This document shows positions 40,989 to 50,327 of a stretch of 64,000 nucleotides of DNA, piece after piece. The first letter of the stretch is position 1; each line of letters begins with the position of its first letter. A model generated the notes under the pieces. That model ran no database searches. It was not told the DNA's origin and worked only from the letters and a program-made list of their open reading frames with translations. Origin of the DNA: Alphaproteobacteria bacterium (GTDB taxonomy: Bacteria; Pseudomonadota; Alphaproteobacteria; UBA828); assembly GCA_965242855.1 (NCBI GenBank), contig OZ251509.1, positions 126,869 to 190,868 on the forward strand, in the 5' to 3' direction. Position numbers and translations under genes: made by a program.

Positions 40989-42611
40989 TCAGCCGCTCTG
41001 CGCGAGTCCGTCACGGGTCACCCTGAAGCCGGCCTTCTCCCGGTCCCAGGTCGCGGCCGTGACGCCCTCGGCGCGCAGCTCCACCTTGCGCACCTTCTGC
41101 GTCGGCGTGCGCGGCAGGTCGTCCTTGAACTCGATGAAGCGCGGGACCATGAAGTAGGGCATCTCGGCCGCGCAATGGCGCAGCAGCGCCTCCTCCGTGA
41201 GGGTCGCGCCCGGCGCGCGCACCGCCACCACCTTCACCTCGTCCTCGCCGACCGCGGCCGCCACCGCCACCGCGGCCGCCTCGGCCACCGCCGGGTGCTT
41301 GCCGACGATCCGCTCCACTTCGAACGACGAGATGTTCTCGCCGCGGCGGCGGATCGCGTCCTTCATCCGGTCGTGGAAGAAGAGAAAGCCCGCCTCGTCC
41401 ATGTGGCCGCGGTCGCCGCTGTGGAACCACAGGTTGCGGAAGGCCGCGAGCGTCGCCTCCGGCAGGCCGTCATAGCCCTCCATCAGGATGTGCGGGTGCT
41501 TCGCCCGGACGACGATCTCGCCCGCCTCGCCGCGCGGCCGCTCCCGGTCCATCTCGTCGACGACGGCGATCTCGTACCAGGACGCGGCGCGGCCGGCGGC
41601 GCCCTTCGGCGTCGCCTCGCCGGGCCGGGTGTAGGCGACGATGTTGGCCTCGGTCGAGCCGTAGCCCTCGGTCATGCGCAGGCCGAAGCGGGCCTGGAAC
41701 TCCTCGAGCACGTCGTGCGGGTTGGGCACCGCGTAGATCATGCGCAGGGGGTTGTCGGCGTCGTCCGCGCGCGGCGGCGCGGCGTGGAGCATGTGGCAGA
41801 TGCCGCCCACGGCCACCGTCACCGTCGCCCCGTGCGCGCGCACGTCCGGCCAGAACCGCCCGACGCTGAAGCGCGGGCGCAGCACCATGCGGCAGTCGGC
41901 GAGCATGGTGCCGAGCAGGATGAATTTGCCGGCGATATGGAAGAAGGGCAGGAAGTTGTACGTCACGTCGTCCGGCCCGAGGGAGACGATCTCGTTGAAG
42001 ACCACGGCGAAGGACAGCGCGAAGTGGTGGTTGATGACCACGCCCTTGGACGGCCCGGTGGTGCCCGAGGTGAACATGATGCAGGCGGTATCGGTCGCCG
42101 CCACGGCGCGCGCCGGGGCGGGGCCGCCGCCGGCCGCGAGCGCCTCGAGCGACAGCACCGCGCCGGGGAGCGCGCGCCGCGCCGCCGCCGGGTCGCCGTC
42201 CACGACGAAGGTCGCGAGGGCGGGGCAGCGCCCGGCGATGGCGGCGACCGTGGGGACGAACGCCGCGTCCAGGACCATCGCCTCCACCCGCGCGCTGCCC
42301 AGGATGTGCGCCAGGACGTCGCCCCGACAGGCGGTGTTCACCGGCACTTCGACGGCGCCCGCCTTCGCCGTGGCGAACCAGACGAACACGTGGTTCGGCG
42401 TGTTCTCCATCATCACGGCGACGCGCGCGCCGTGTTCGATGCCGCGCGCGGCGAGGCCGGCGGCGAGGCGCCCGGCCTCCCGGTCGAGCGCGGCGTAGCC
42501 GTAGTCGCGCCCGTCCCAGTGCATCACCGGATGCTCCGGGCGCTCCGCCGCGCGCCGCTCGAGCAGGCGGTGGACCAGCCAGGTTTCCGCGTTCTCGCCG
42601 ATGGTCAGCAT
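40989..42611 (-). CDS. AMP-dependent synthetase/ligase (acyl-CoA synthetase family)
   Basis: AMP-binding signature MFTSGTTGPSKGV, …TEGYGSTE…, …SGDRG…, C-terminal …PRTPTQKVRK…. Confidence 0.85.
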   Translation of the reverse strand: MLTIGENAETWLVHRLLERRAAERPEHPVMHWDGRDYGYAALDREAGRLAAGLAARGIEHGARVAVMMENTPNHVFVWFATAKAGAVEVPVNTACRGDVLAHILGSARVEAMVLDAAFVPTVAAIAGRCPALATFVVDGDPAAARRALPGAVLSLEALAAGGGPAPARAVAATDTACIMFTSGTTGPSKGVVINHHFALSFAVVFNEIVSLGPDDVTYNFLPFFHIAGKFILLGTMLADCRMVLRPRFSVGRFWPDVRAHGATVTVAVGGICHMLHAAPPRADDADNPLRMIYAVPNPHDVLEEFQARFGLRMTEGYGSTEANIVAYTRPGEATPKGAAGRAASWYEIAVVDEMDRERPRGEAGEIVVRAKHPHILMEGYDGLPEATLAAFRNLWFHSGDRGHMDEAGFLFFHDRMKDAIRRRGENISSFEVERIVGKHPAVAEAAAVAVAAAVGEDEVKVVAVRAPGATLTEEALLRHCAAEMPYFMVPRFIEFKDDLPRTPTQKVRKVELRAEGVTAATWDREKAGFRVTRDGLAQSG

Positions 42612-42696
42612 CGCCCCTCCCGCGCGCCCCGCTCCCCACTATAGCCGCGCCGCCGCGATCCTGGCACGCTCCGCGCCGGGACCCGGGGGAGAGGCC

Positions 42697-44385
42697 GTGC
42701 TCAAACGGATCAGGCTGGGCTCCGGGCTGGTGCTGTTCGTCTTCGTGGCGACGCATCTCGTGAACCACGCCTGGGGGCTGGCGTCGCTGGAGGCGCTGGC
42801 GGCCGCGCGCGACGTGTTCGTCGCCGTGTGGCGCAGCTGGCCCGGCACGGTCGCCCTCTACGGGGCCCTGCTCGCGCATTTCGCCGTCGTCCTCTGGAGC
42901 CTGTACGAGCGCCGCACGCTGCGGCTGAAGCCCGCCGAGCTGGCCCAGGTGGCGCTGGGCGCCGCCATCCCGCTGCTGCTTGTCCAGCACGTGCTGGGGA
43001 CCCGCGGCCTGCACGAGATCTTCGGCACGGTCGACGACTACACCTACGAGATTCTCGTCCTCTGGGTCTTCACGCCGGAGAACGGCATGATCCAGATGGT
43101 GCTGCTCGCGGTCACCTGGGGGCATGGCTGCCTGGGCCTGCATTTCTGGATCAAACTGAGGCGCTGGTACCGGCCGGCGGCGCCCTGGCTCCTCGCCTTC
43201 GCGGTGATCCTGCCGCTCGCCGCGGCCGCGGGCTTCGTGGCGGCCGGGCGGGAGATCGCGGCCCTCGCCCGCGCGGATCCGTTCTGGCTCGAGGACGCCG
43301 TCGCCGCGCTCAACTGGCCCGGCGCGGAGGCGCTGGCCTGGTACGAAACTTGGCGCTTCCGCGGCTGGGTGGTGTTGGGCGGGATTCTGGCGCTGGTCAT
43401 GCTGGCGCGCTACGCGCGGCTCGCGATCGGGCGGCGGCGCGGCATGGTTCGCCTCGCCTATGGCGGCGGCCGGATCGTCGAGATCCGCCCGCCGACGACC
43501 GTGCTCGAGGCGAGCCGCGAGGCCGGCATTCCGCACGCCTCCGTCTGCGGCGGGCGGGGGCGCTGCTCGACCTGCCGTGTGCGCGTCGGCGCCGGCGCCG
43601 AGCATCTGGAGCCGGCGAGCGCGGAAGAGGCGCGGGTGCTGCGGCGGGCCGACCTGCCCGAGCGCGTCCGCCTCGCCTGCCAGCTGCGCCCGACCCGCGA
43701 CCTGGAGGTCACGCCCCTCCTGCTCGCCAACGTGGACCCGCGCGAGGTGTTCCGCCGCTCCGACCGCCGGGAGGGCGAGCGCGAGGTGGCCATCCTCTTC
43801 GCCGACATCCGCTCCTTCACGCGCTTCGCCGAGAAGAAGCTCCCCTACGACGTGGTCTTCGTGCTCAACTGCTACTTCCGCTCCATGGGGCAGGCGGTGT
43901 TGAACGCCGGCGGCGAGATCGACAAGTTCATCGGCGACGGCGTGATGGCCCTGTTCGGCGCCGCCACCGGGCCGGAGGAGGCATGCCGGCGGGCGCTCGC
44001 CGCGGCGCGGGAGATGGGGGCGGCGCTGGAGGAGCTCAACGCCTCGCTGCGGAACGACCTGGGCGAACCGCTGCGCATCGGCATCGGCGTCCATCTCGGC
44101 TCCGTCATCATGGGCGAGATGGGCTTCGGCGCGGCGACCTCCTTCACCGCGATCGGCGATGCCGTGAACACGGCGAGCCGCATCGAGACGGCGACCAAGG
44201 ATTACGGCTGCCAGCTCGTCGTCTCCGAGGAGGTGGCGCAGCGCGCCGGCGTCGACCTGGGCGCCCATGCGCTGCACGCGCTCGCCGTGCGCGGGCGCTC
44301 CGAGCCGGTCGCCGTCCGCGCTGTCCCCCGCGCCGCCGACCTGCCCGAAATCCCCCTCTCCGCCCGCCGCCCCCGCCCTCGCTGA
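42697..44385 (+). CDS. Multi-domain class III adenylate cyclase: N-terminal His-rich polytopic membrane domain + plant-type [2Fe-2S] ferredoxin domain + cyclase domain
   Basis: GTG start with GGGGGAGAGG RBS; TM helices with conserved His (THLVNHAW…LLAHFAVVLW…LLVQHVLG…VTWGHGCLGLHFW); ferredoxin CGGRGRCSTCRV…C; cyclase …AILFADIRSFT…FIGDGVMALFG…GIGVHLGSVIMGEMG…GDAVNTASRIE. Confidence 0.75.
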   Translation: MLKRIRLGSGLVLFVFVATHLVNHAWGLASLEALAAARDVFVAVWRSWPGTVALYGALLAHFAVVLWSLYERRTLRLKPAELAQVALGAAIPLLLVQHVLGTRGLHEIFGTVDDYTYEILVLWVFTPENGMIQMVLLAVTWGHGCLGLHFWIKLRRWYRPAAPWLLAFAVILPLAAAAGFVAAGREIAALARADPFWLEDAVAALNWPGAEALAWYETWRFRGWVVLGGILALVMLARYARLAIGRRRGMVRLAYGGGRIVEIRPPTTVLEASREAGIPHASVCGGRGRCSTCRVRVGAGAEHLEPASAEEARVLRRADLPERVRLACQLRPTRDLEVTPLLLANVDPREVFRRSDRREGEREVAILFADIRSFTRFAEKKLPYDVVFVLNCYFRSMGQAVLNAGGEIDKFIGDGVMALFGAATGPEEACRRALAAAREMGAALEELNASLRNDLGEPLRIGIGVHLGSVIMGEMGFGAATSFTAIGDAVNTASRIETATKDYGCQLVVSEEVAQRAGVDLGAHALHALAVRGRSEPVAVRAVPRAADLPEIPLSARRPRPR

Positions 44386-44904
44386 CGCCGCACGCCGGGC
44401 GCCGGCGTGCGGGGATGTTGCGCCCGTCGGCGCCGGCGCCGATCGGAAAGGACGCCCCGTCTGTGAGGGCGCCCTTGCGCCGGAGGATGGGGCCGTCGTC
44501 GCCCGCGCGGCGCCGGCGCTCGCGGGTGGCGGACGCGCTCGGCATTGCTTGGTCGGAGGGCCTGCCGGACCGGCTTTCGCTGCTGGAGGGCATCGCGGCG
44601 CGGGCGCTGCGAGGGAAGGGGGAGGGGGGCACCCCTCCCGGCCTCCCCCCTGCCAGGGGGGAGGAGAGTAGAAGGCGGCGCGGGAGATCAAGCGGGTCGA
44701 CGTCGATGTCGGCCGCATCGGCCCCGCCGGTCGCAAGGCGGCCGGCGGCCTGGACCGCGCTTCACGCTCCGCCCGCGGGCGCGGCGGCGTCCTGTCGCGG
44801 GTAGGCCCGCAACTTCGCGTCCTCGATTTCGTCCCCGCGAACGTCGTGGGGGCGGGAACCCGTCTCCGACGATGACGGCGGCGCCGTCCTCGCCGATGGC
44901 CGCG

Positions 44905-46308
44905 CTACCCGGCGAGCGCCGGCGGGATGCGGGTGTGCCAGTCGGTCGCCTGCTGGTAGGCCCAGCCGATGCGGAGCGCCGTCGCTTCGTCGTGGCCGCG
45001 GCAGACGACGTGCAGCGAGAGGGGCAGCCCCCCGGCGGTGAAGCCGTTCGGCAGGGCGAGGGCGCACCAGTCGAGCCAGTTGACCGGCCGCGTGAAGCGG
45101 GCCGGGGTCTTCGTCTGATCGATGGCGGCCACCGGCGGCGCCGGCGTTTCCACGGTCGGCGTGAGCCAGGCGTCGAAGCCGTCGAGCGCCGCCAGCGCCG
45201 CCCGCTTGTCCTCCGTGCGGCGGCGCAGAAGATTTTGATAGTCGGCGGCGGAGACGCCGCGGCCGATCCGGATGCGCGGGCGCACGTCGTCGTCGATCGG
45301 CAGCGCCGGATCGTCGACCAGAGCGCCCAGCAGGGCGTAGCCCTCCGCGCCGATCAGGCGGCCCACCAGGGCGCCGTAACGGGCCGTGGATTGCGGCAGC
45401 GCCAGCGGAGCCGTGCGCGCGCCTTCCGCCGTCAGGGCCAGGGCGGCGGCGTCGTAGGCCGCCAGCACCTCGGCGTCGACGCCTTCGCGCTCCGCCTCCG
45501 ACAGCAGGCCGAGACGCAGCCCCGCCACGCCGCGGCGGAGGGCGGGCAACGGATCGTCCGGCGGGCGCCGCAATGTGGGCGGGTCGGCCTCGTCCGGGCC
45601 TTGCAACAGCGCGTAGAGGCGGGCGGCGTCCTCGACCGAGCGCGCCATCGGCCCCGGCGTGTCGAGGGTGGGCGCCAGCGGCAGCACGCCGGCGGCGCTG
45701 ATCCGCCCGATGGTCGTCTTCAGGCCGGTGAGGCCGCACCAGGCGGAGGGGATGCGCACCGAGCCGCCGGTGTCGGTGCCGATCGCCCAAGGCGCGAGGC
45801 GGGCGGCGACGGCGACGCCGGAGCCGCTGCTGGAGCCGCCGGCGGCGCGGTGGGTTGCGCCGTCCCACGGGTTGCGGGGCGCGCCCATGTGGCGGTTGGT
45901 GCCCCAGCCGCCCATGGCGAACTCCACCGTGTGGGTCTTGCCGAGGACGATCATGCCCGCGGCCATCGCCCGGCGCGCGAGGGTGGCCGTCGCCGGCGAC
46001 ACGCGCCCCGCCCAGTGGCGGCTGCCGCCCGTCGTCACGCGGCCCTCGATATCGACCAGGTCCTTCAAGGCGATGGGCACGCCATGCCAGGGGCCGACGG
46101 CGTGGCCCGCGCGGAGCGCCTTGTGCGCCGCCTCGGCGGCGAGCAGCGCGTCGTCGCGATAGACCGCGACGAAGGCGCCGAGGGCGGGGTCGTGCGCCTC
46201 GATGCGGGCCAGCAGGGACTCCACGAGATCGACCGGGCTTGCACGCCCCGCCCGCATCTCCGCGGCCGCCCCGCCGGCCGTCATGAACGCGAGATCGGCT
46301 GTGGGCAC
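44905..46308 (-). CDS. Amidase (amidase signature family)
   Basis: …GGSSSGSGVAVAARLAPWAIGTDTGGSVRIPSAWCG… AS signature with Ser-cisSer-Lys triad context. Confidence 0.85.
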   Translation of the reverse strand: MPTADLAFMTAGGAAAEMRAGRASPVDLVESLLARIEAHDPALGAFVAVYRDDALLAAEAAHKALRAGHAVGPWHGVPIALKDLVDIEGRVTTGGSRHWAGRVSPATATLARRAMAAGMIVLGKTHTVEFAMGGWGTNRHMGAPRNPWDGATHRAAGGSSSGSGVAVAARLAPWAIGTDTGGSVRIPSAWCGLTGLKTTIGRISAAGVLPLAPTLDTPGPMARSVEDAARLYALLQGPDEADPPTLRRPPDDPLPALRRGVAGLRLGLLSEAEREGVDAEVLAAYDAAALALTAEGARTAPLALPQSTARYGALVGRLIGAEGYALLGALVDDPALPIDDDVRPRIRIGRGVSAADYQNLLRRRTEDKRAALAALDGFDAWLTPTVETPAPPVAAIDQTKTPARFTRPVNWLDWCALALPNGFTAGGLPLSLHVVCRGHDEATALRIGWAYQQATDWHTRIPPALAG

Positions 46309-46402
46309 GGCAGGCTCCTCCCCCGTTGCGACCGGGGATTACATACCACGCCCGCGTCGGTACGCGGACCGGGAGGCCGGCGCGCCAAACGAAGAAGCGG
46401 GC

Positions 46403-46803
46403 TCAGGCGGGATCGGGGGCGAAATCCTCGCCGTAGCGGGTGGAGGTTCCGGTGGTGTGGAAGGTCTCCCACGCCACGCCTTGCGGGTCGCGCACCCACG
46501 TCTTGTCGCCGCGCGCGTAGCAGCAGCGGGCGTCCGCCTGGTCCACATGCGGCGCGCCGGCCGCCTTGAGCCGCCCGGCGAGGGCGCCGAGCTCCGCCGC
46601 GCTCTCGACCTGGATTCCCAGATGGTCGATGCCGGGCGCGCGGCCGCAGCGCGTCGAGATGGACAGGTTCACGCGCGGGTCGTCGAGCATCCACTTCGCG
46701 TAATCGGGCTTTTGCACGGTCGGCTCCGCGTCGAACAGGGTGGTGTAGAACGCGACCGAACGGGCGAGATCGGTCACTTCGATGTTGACGTGCAGGCGCT
46801 TCA
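46403..46803 (-). CDS. VOC-family metalloenzyme, ArsI/CadI-like (vicinal Cys-Cys)
   Basis: MKRLHVNIEVTDLARSVAFYTTLFDAEP…DHLGIQVE…ARCCYARGDKTWVRDPQGVAWETF; CC pair as in the ArsI C-As lyase; it is the C-terminal part of an 814-aa composite ORF, the rest of which is rejected. Confidence 0.6.
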
Positions 46804-46863
46804 TGCCGTCCTCCGCCGGTCGGTGGTCCCCGCCCGCACAGATGGGGCGCAGGCCCGGCCCCG

Positions 46864-47781
46864 TCAAGCGCCCGCCCGCCCCGCCGCCGCGCGCCGCGCC
46901 GAGTGGATCAGCAGCGCCACGCCCGCCAGCATGAGCGCGGCGGCGGCCCAAGCCCAGGCGCTGTGGCTCTCGCCGAAGAAGAGGATGCCCCAGCCGAGCC
47001 CGGCCGCCACCACCACGTAGTTGAACTGCGAAAAGAACACCGGCCCGGCCGCGCGCACGATGATCAGGAAGGTGACGTACATCGTGACGGTGACGGCGGC
47101 GGCGCCCAGGATCGCGAGGTCGGCGGCGGCCTCCGGCCCCGGCACGACGTAGATCTCCCCGAGCCCCGCCATCGTCGGCGCCAGCATGAGCGCGGCGGCC
47201 GACACGATTCCCGCGGCGAAGGCGAGCACCGGCGTCTCCGGCGGGTCGATCAGCGCCGCGAGGTTGTTGGTCAGCGCGAAGGACGCCGGCGCCAGCAGGG
47301 CGAGCAGAAACCACCAGACCATGCCCGGCTCGGGCAGGGAGAATTCCGGCACCGCCATCAGCAGGATGCCGCCCACGCCGCAGGCCACGCCCGCGAGGCC
47401 CAGCTTGCGCGGGCGCTCCAGCCCGAGCGCCAGCGCGATCAGGTAGGTGAGCGGCGGCGACAGGATCACCACCATCGAGAGGACGCCCGTCGGCAGCTTC
47501 GGCGCGAGCCAGGTGACGAGCGCCACCGGCGCCGCGATACCGAACAGCCCGATGGCGAAATAGGCGGCGAGATGGCGCGGCGCCAGCGGGGGCAGTACGC
47601 GGCGCCAGGCGGCGGCGGCCAGCAGCAGGACGGCGGCGACCAGCGTCTGCCAGAAGGCGAAGGCGACCGGCGGCGTCCCGCCGTCCACGGCGATCTTGTT
47701 CATCGTGAAGATCAGCGGATAGACCGCGCCGACCGTGAACAGGAGGACGATCGGGACGGCGAGCGGCCCGCGGCGGCGCAT
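46864..47781 (-). CDS. DMT-superfamily (EamA-like) transporter
   Basis: 305 aa, about 10 TM helices, two EamA-like halves. Confidence 0.8.
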   Translation of the reverse strand: MRRRGPLAVPIVLLFTVGAVYPLIFTMNKIAVDGGTPPVAFAFWQTLVAAVLLLAAAAWRRVLPPLAPRHLAAYFAIGLFGIAAPVALVTWLAPKLPTGVLSMVVILSPPLTYLIALALGLERPRKLGLAGVACGVGGILLMAVPEFSLPEPGMVWWFLLALLAPASFALTNNLAALIDPPETPVLAFAAGIVSAAALMLAPTMAGLGEIYVVPGPEAAADLAILGAAAVTVTMYVTFLIIVRAAGPVFFSQFNYVVVAAGLGWGILFFGESHSAWAWAAAALMLAGVALLIHSARRAAAGRAGA

Positions 47782-47811
47782 GATGGGCCGGGAGGCCGGG
47801 GGAGGGGCGGC

Positions 47812-48609
47812 CTACACGGCCCGCGCGGCGGCGGGCTCCGCGAGCAGGCAGTCGTCGGCGAGCGGAACGAGGGGCGCGAAGTCGCGGTGGGCGATGTGCG
47901 CCGGCCGCGCGAAACGCCGGATCGCGTTGGCCGTCGCGTTGGTCGAGAGATAGACCGTCCGCCGCCCCCAGGGCGACATGTTGGGCGCCGAGCCGTGCAC
48001 CAAGTTGCAATGGAAGAAGAGCGCCGCGCCCGGCGCGCCCTTGGGTGCCACGATCCCGCCTTCGGCCGCCAGCCGGGCGACGGTCGCGTTGTCGATGGTC
48101 CAGAGCGGGTAGCTCGTGGTGGCGGTGTCGTGGCTGGCGTCGATCCGCCCCGCCTTGTGGGAGCGCGGGATGAGCATCAGCGGGCCGTTGAACTCCGTCA
48201 CCTCGTCGAGGAAGACGGCGAGATTCATCGCCCGCGGCGCGGGCATCAGGTCGTCGCGCGCCCAGGTGCCGTAGTCCTGGTGCCACTGCCACACGTCGCC
48301 GTCGAAGGCGGCCTTGGCGTTGACCTTGAACTGGTGGATGTAGACCGCCCCGCCGAGCGCCTGCATCGCCGGCCCGAGCAGGCGCGGATGGCGCGCGAGG
48401 CGGGCGAAGAGCGCGTTGTAGGTATGGACGGCGAAGGCCGTGCGCACCGCGCCGCCCTGCCGCTCGCGCACGATTTCCGGCCCCTTGCGGGCAAAGACGG
48501 CCGGCAATTCGGCCCGCAGCGCCGCCGTTTCCGCGTCCGAGAACAGGCCCGGGAGGAACAGGAAGCCCTCGCGGTCCAGCGTCTCCCGTTGCCCGGCCGA
48601 GAGTTCCAT
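47812..48609 (-). CDS. Phytanoyl-CoA dioxygenase (PhyH)-family Fe(II)/2OG oxygenase
   Basis: …WHQDYGTWARDD… (H-x-D) and …LFFHCNLVHGSAPN… (distal His); start MELSAGQRETLDREGFLFL. Confidence 0.7.
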   Translation of the reverse strand: MELSAGQRETLDREGFLFLPGLFSDAETAALRAELPAVFARKGPEIVRERQGGAVRTAFAVHTYNALFARLARHPRLLGPAMQALGGAVYIHQFKVNAKAAFDGDVWQWHQDYGTWARDDLMPAPRAMNLAVFLDEVTEFNGPLMLIPRSHKAGRIDASHDTATTSYPLWTIDNATVARLAAEGGIVAPKGAPGAALFFHCNLVHGSAPNMSPWGRRTVYLSTNATANAIRRFARPAHIAHRDFAPLVPLADDCLLAEPAAARAV

Positions 48610-48742
48610 CTCCCCACCATGCGCCCCCGCCCTCCTTCCCGTCAAGCAGCGCGCGGCGGCGATGCAACGCGGCCGCGCCGCCTCTTCCCGGTCGGCGGCG
48701 GGTCGGCGGACGCCCGCCGGCCGCCGTGTGGTATCCTCGGCC

Positions 48743-49933
48743 ATGCTCGAGGCGCGCATCCGCGACGTGGCGTTGCTGGCGCTCTGCCAGGCGCTGTTCC
48801 TGACCTCCACCGCGGCGGTGATCGCCGCCGCGGCCCTGATCGGCCACGGCCTCGCCGAGACGAAGACGCTAGCGACGCTGCCCATCGGCATCCAATTCAT
48901 GGTGACGATGGCGGCGACCGTCCCGGCCTCGCTTCTGATGAAGCGCATCGGCCGGCGCGAAGGCTTCACCGTCGGCGCCTTCATCGGGCTCGCCGGCGCG
49001 CTCACCGCCTGTTGGGGGATCCTGGCCGGCGATTTCGTCCGCTTCTGCCTGGGCTCGGCGCTGATCGGCGCGTTCAACGGCTTCGCCCAGTATTACCGGT
49101 TCGCCGCGGCCGACGCGGCGAGCGCCGCCTTCAAGAGCCGCGCGATCTCCCTGGTGCTCGCCGGCGGCGTGGTCGCCTCGTTCGGGCCGCTGCTCGCCGA
49201 CTGGTCGATGGACATGCTGGCGCCCGTCGCCTTCGCCGGGGTCTACGTCTCGGTGGCCGCGCTCTACGCGGCGACCCTGGTCGTGCTCCGCTTCGTCACC
49301 ATCCCGCCGCCGGGCGCCGAGGAGCGCGGCGGGGAGGGACGGCCGTTGCCCGTGATCATGCGCCAGCCCGCCTTCGTCGTGGCGGTGCTCGGCTCGCTGA
49401 TCGGCTACACGATGATGTCGCTGCTGATGACCGCGACGCCGCTGGCCATGCGGTTCTGCGGGTTCGGCTTTTCGGAATCGGCGCAGACCATCCAGTGGCA
49501 CGTGCTCGGCATGTTCGCCCCTTCCTTCGTCACCGGGCATCTGATCCGGCGCTTCGGCACGCCGACGGTGATGGGGAGCGGCGCGCTCCTGATCGCGCTT
49601 TGCGTCGCCTGCAACCTCCAGGACGTGACGCTGGTCAATTTCTGGCTCGGCGCGATTCTGCTCGGCGTCGGCTGGAACTTCCTGTTCATCGGCGGCACCA
49701 CCCTGGTGACCGATCTCCACAGCCCGGCCGAGAAGGCGAAGACCCAGGCTGCCCACGACTTCATCGTGTTCGCCGGCGTGGCGGCGGCGGCGCTTCTCTC
49801 GGGCGCCGCGCACGAGGCCTTCGGCTGGCAGGCGATGAACTACGCCGTGATCCCGTTCCTGGTCGCGGTGCTGGCGAGCCTGGCGTGGCTCGGCCGCCGC
49901 CACGGCGGGGCCGTCGCCACGCCGGCCGGATGA
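48743..49933 (+). CDS. MFS transporter
   Basis: 12 predicted TM helices; MFS loop motif …LMKRIGRREGF…. Confidence 0.8.
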   Translation: MLEARIRDVALLALCQALFLTSTAAVIAAAALIGHGLAETKTLATLPIGIQFMVTMAATVPASLLMKRIGRREGFTVGAFIGLAGALTACWGILAGDFVRFCLGSALIGAFNGFAQYYRFAAADAASAAFKSRAISLVLAGGVVASFGPLLADWSMDMLAPVAFAGVYVSVAALYAATLVVLRFVTIPPPGAEERGGEGRPLPVIMRQPAFVVAVLGSLIGYTMMSLLMTATPLAMRFCGFGFSESAQTIQWHVLGMFAPSFVTGHLIRRFGTPTVMGSGALLIALCVACNLQDVTLVNFWLGAILLGVGWNFLFIGGTTLVTDLHSPAEKAKTQAAHDFIVFAGVAAAALLSGAAHEAFGWQAMNYAVIPFLVAVLASLAWLGRRHGGAVATPAG

Positions 49934-49939
49934 GCCGGG

Positions 49940-50185
49940 TTAGCCGCCGCCGATCCGGGGCAGGAAGCAGACCTCGCTGTCCGGTCCGACCGCCGCGAAC
50001 AAGTCGTCCTGGTGGATTTCGGCATCGACCGCGACGGCCATGCCTTCCTCGAGTTCCCGCCCGATGCCGGCGTAGCGGGCCTCCAGCGCGCGGATCACTC
50101 CGCGGACATCGCGCGCCTCGACCTCGGTTTCGGTGACGCCGCCGGTATAGCGCGCCAGGCTCGACGGCAGGACGACCCGGGCCAA
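49940..50185 (-). CDS. MoaD/ThiS-family beta-grasp sulfur-carrier protein (C-terminal GG)
   Basis: 81 aa ending …EVCFLPRIGGG; MoaD-like pattern. Confidence 0.65.
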   Translation of the reverse strand: MARVVLPSSLARYTGGVTETEVEARDVRGVIRALEARYAGIGRELEEGMAVAVDAEIHQDDLFAAVGPDSEVCFLPRIGGG

Positions 50186-50327
50186 GGCGCTACCGGCCGT
50201 CGCCGATCCGGCGGGTGGACGTCGGTCTCTCGAGCCTCTGGCGATTCATGCCCGCAGCCCATCACGTTCCGCCTCCCGCCGCAAGGAAGCGCCGGGCGAC
50301 CGGCCCCGGGGCGGCGCCCGCGGCCCG

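Noticed and set aside
39689-41026. 445-aa plus-strand ORF opposite the TPR gene
   Set aside because: No motifs and Arg/Gly-rich. The minus-strand product shows recognisable TPR helices and an oxygenase-like C-terminus.
44610-44660. GC-rich imperfect palindrome gggaggggggcacccctcccggcctcccccctgccaggggggagg downstream of the cyclase gene
   Set aside because: Could be a terminator or REP, but lies 230 nt past the stop, has no U-tract, and was seen only once. Too weak to call.
41470-46569. Long ORFs 41470..44736(-), 42828..44804(+), 44545..46569(+), 44762..45868(-)
   Set aside because: Alternative-frame or antisense artefacts overlapping the acyl-CoA synthetase, ferredoxin-cyclase and amidase genes.
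46903-50136. 1077-aa plus-strand ORF across DMT/PhyH/MFS region and 814-aa minus ORF 46403..48847
   Set aside because: Composite frame artefacts. The real genes are the short ArsI-like, DMT, PhyH, MFS and MoaD ORFs with clear motifs.
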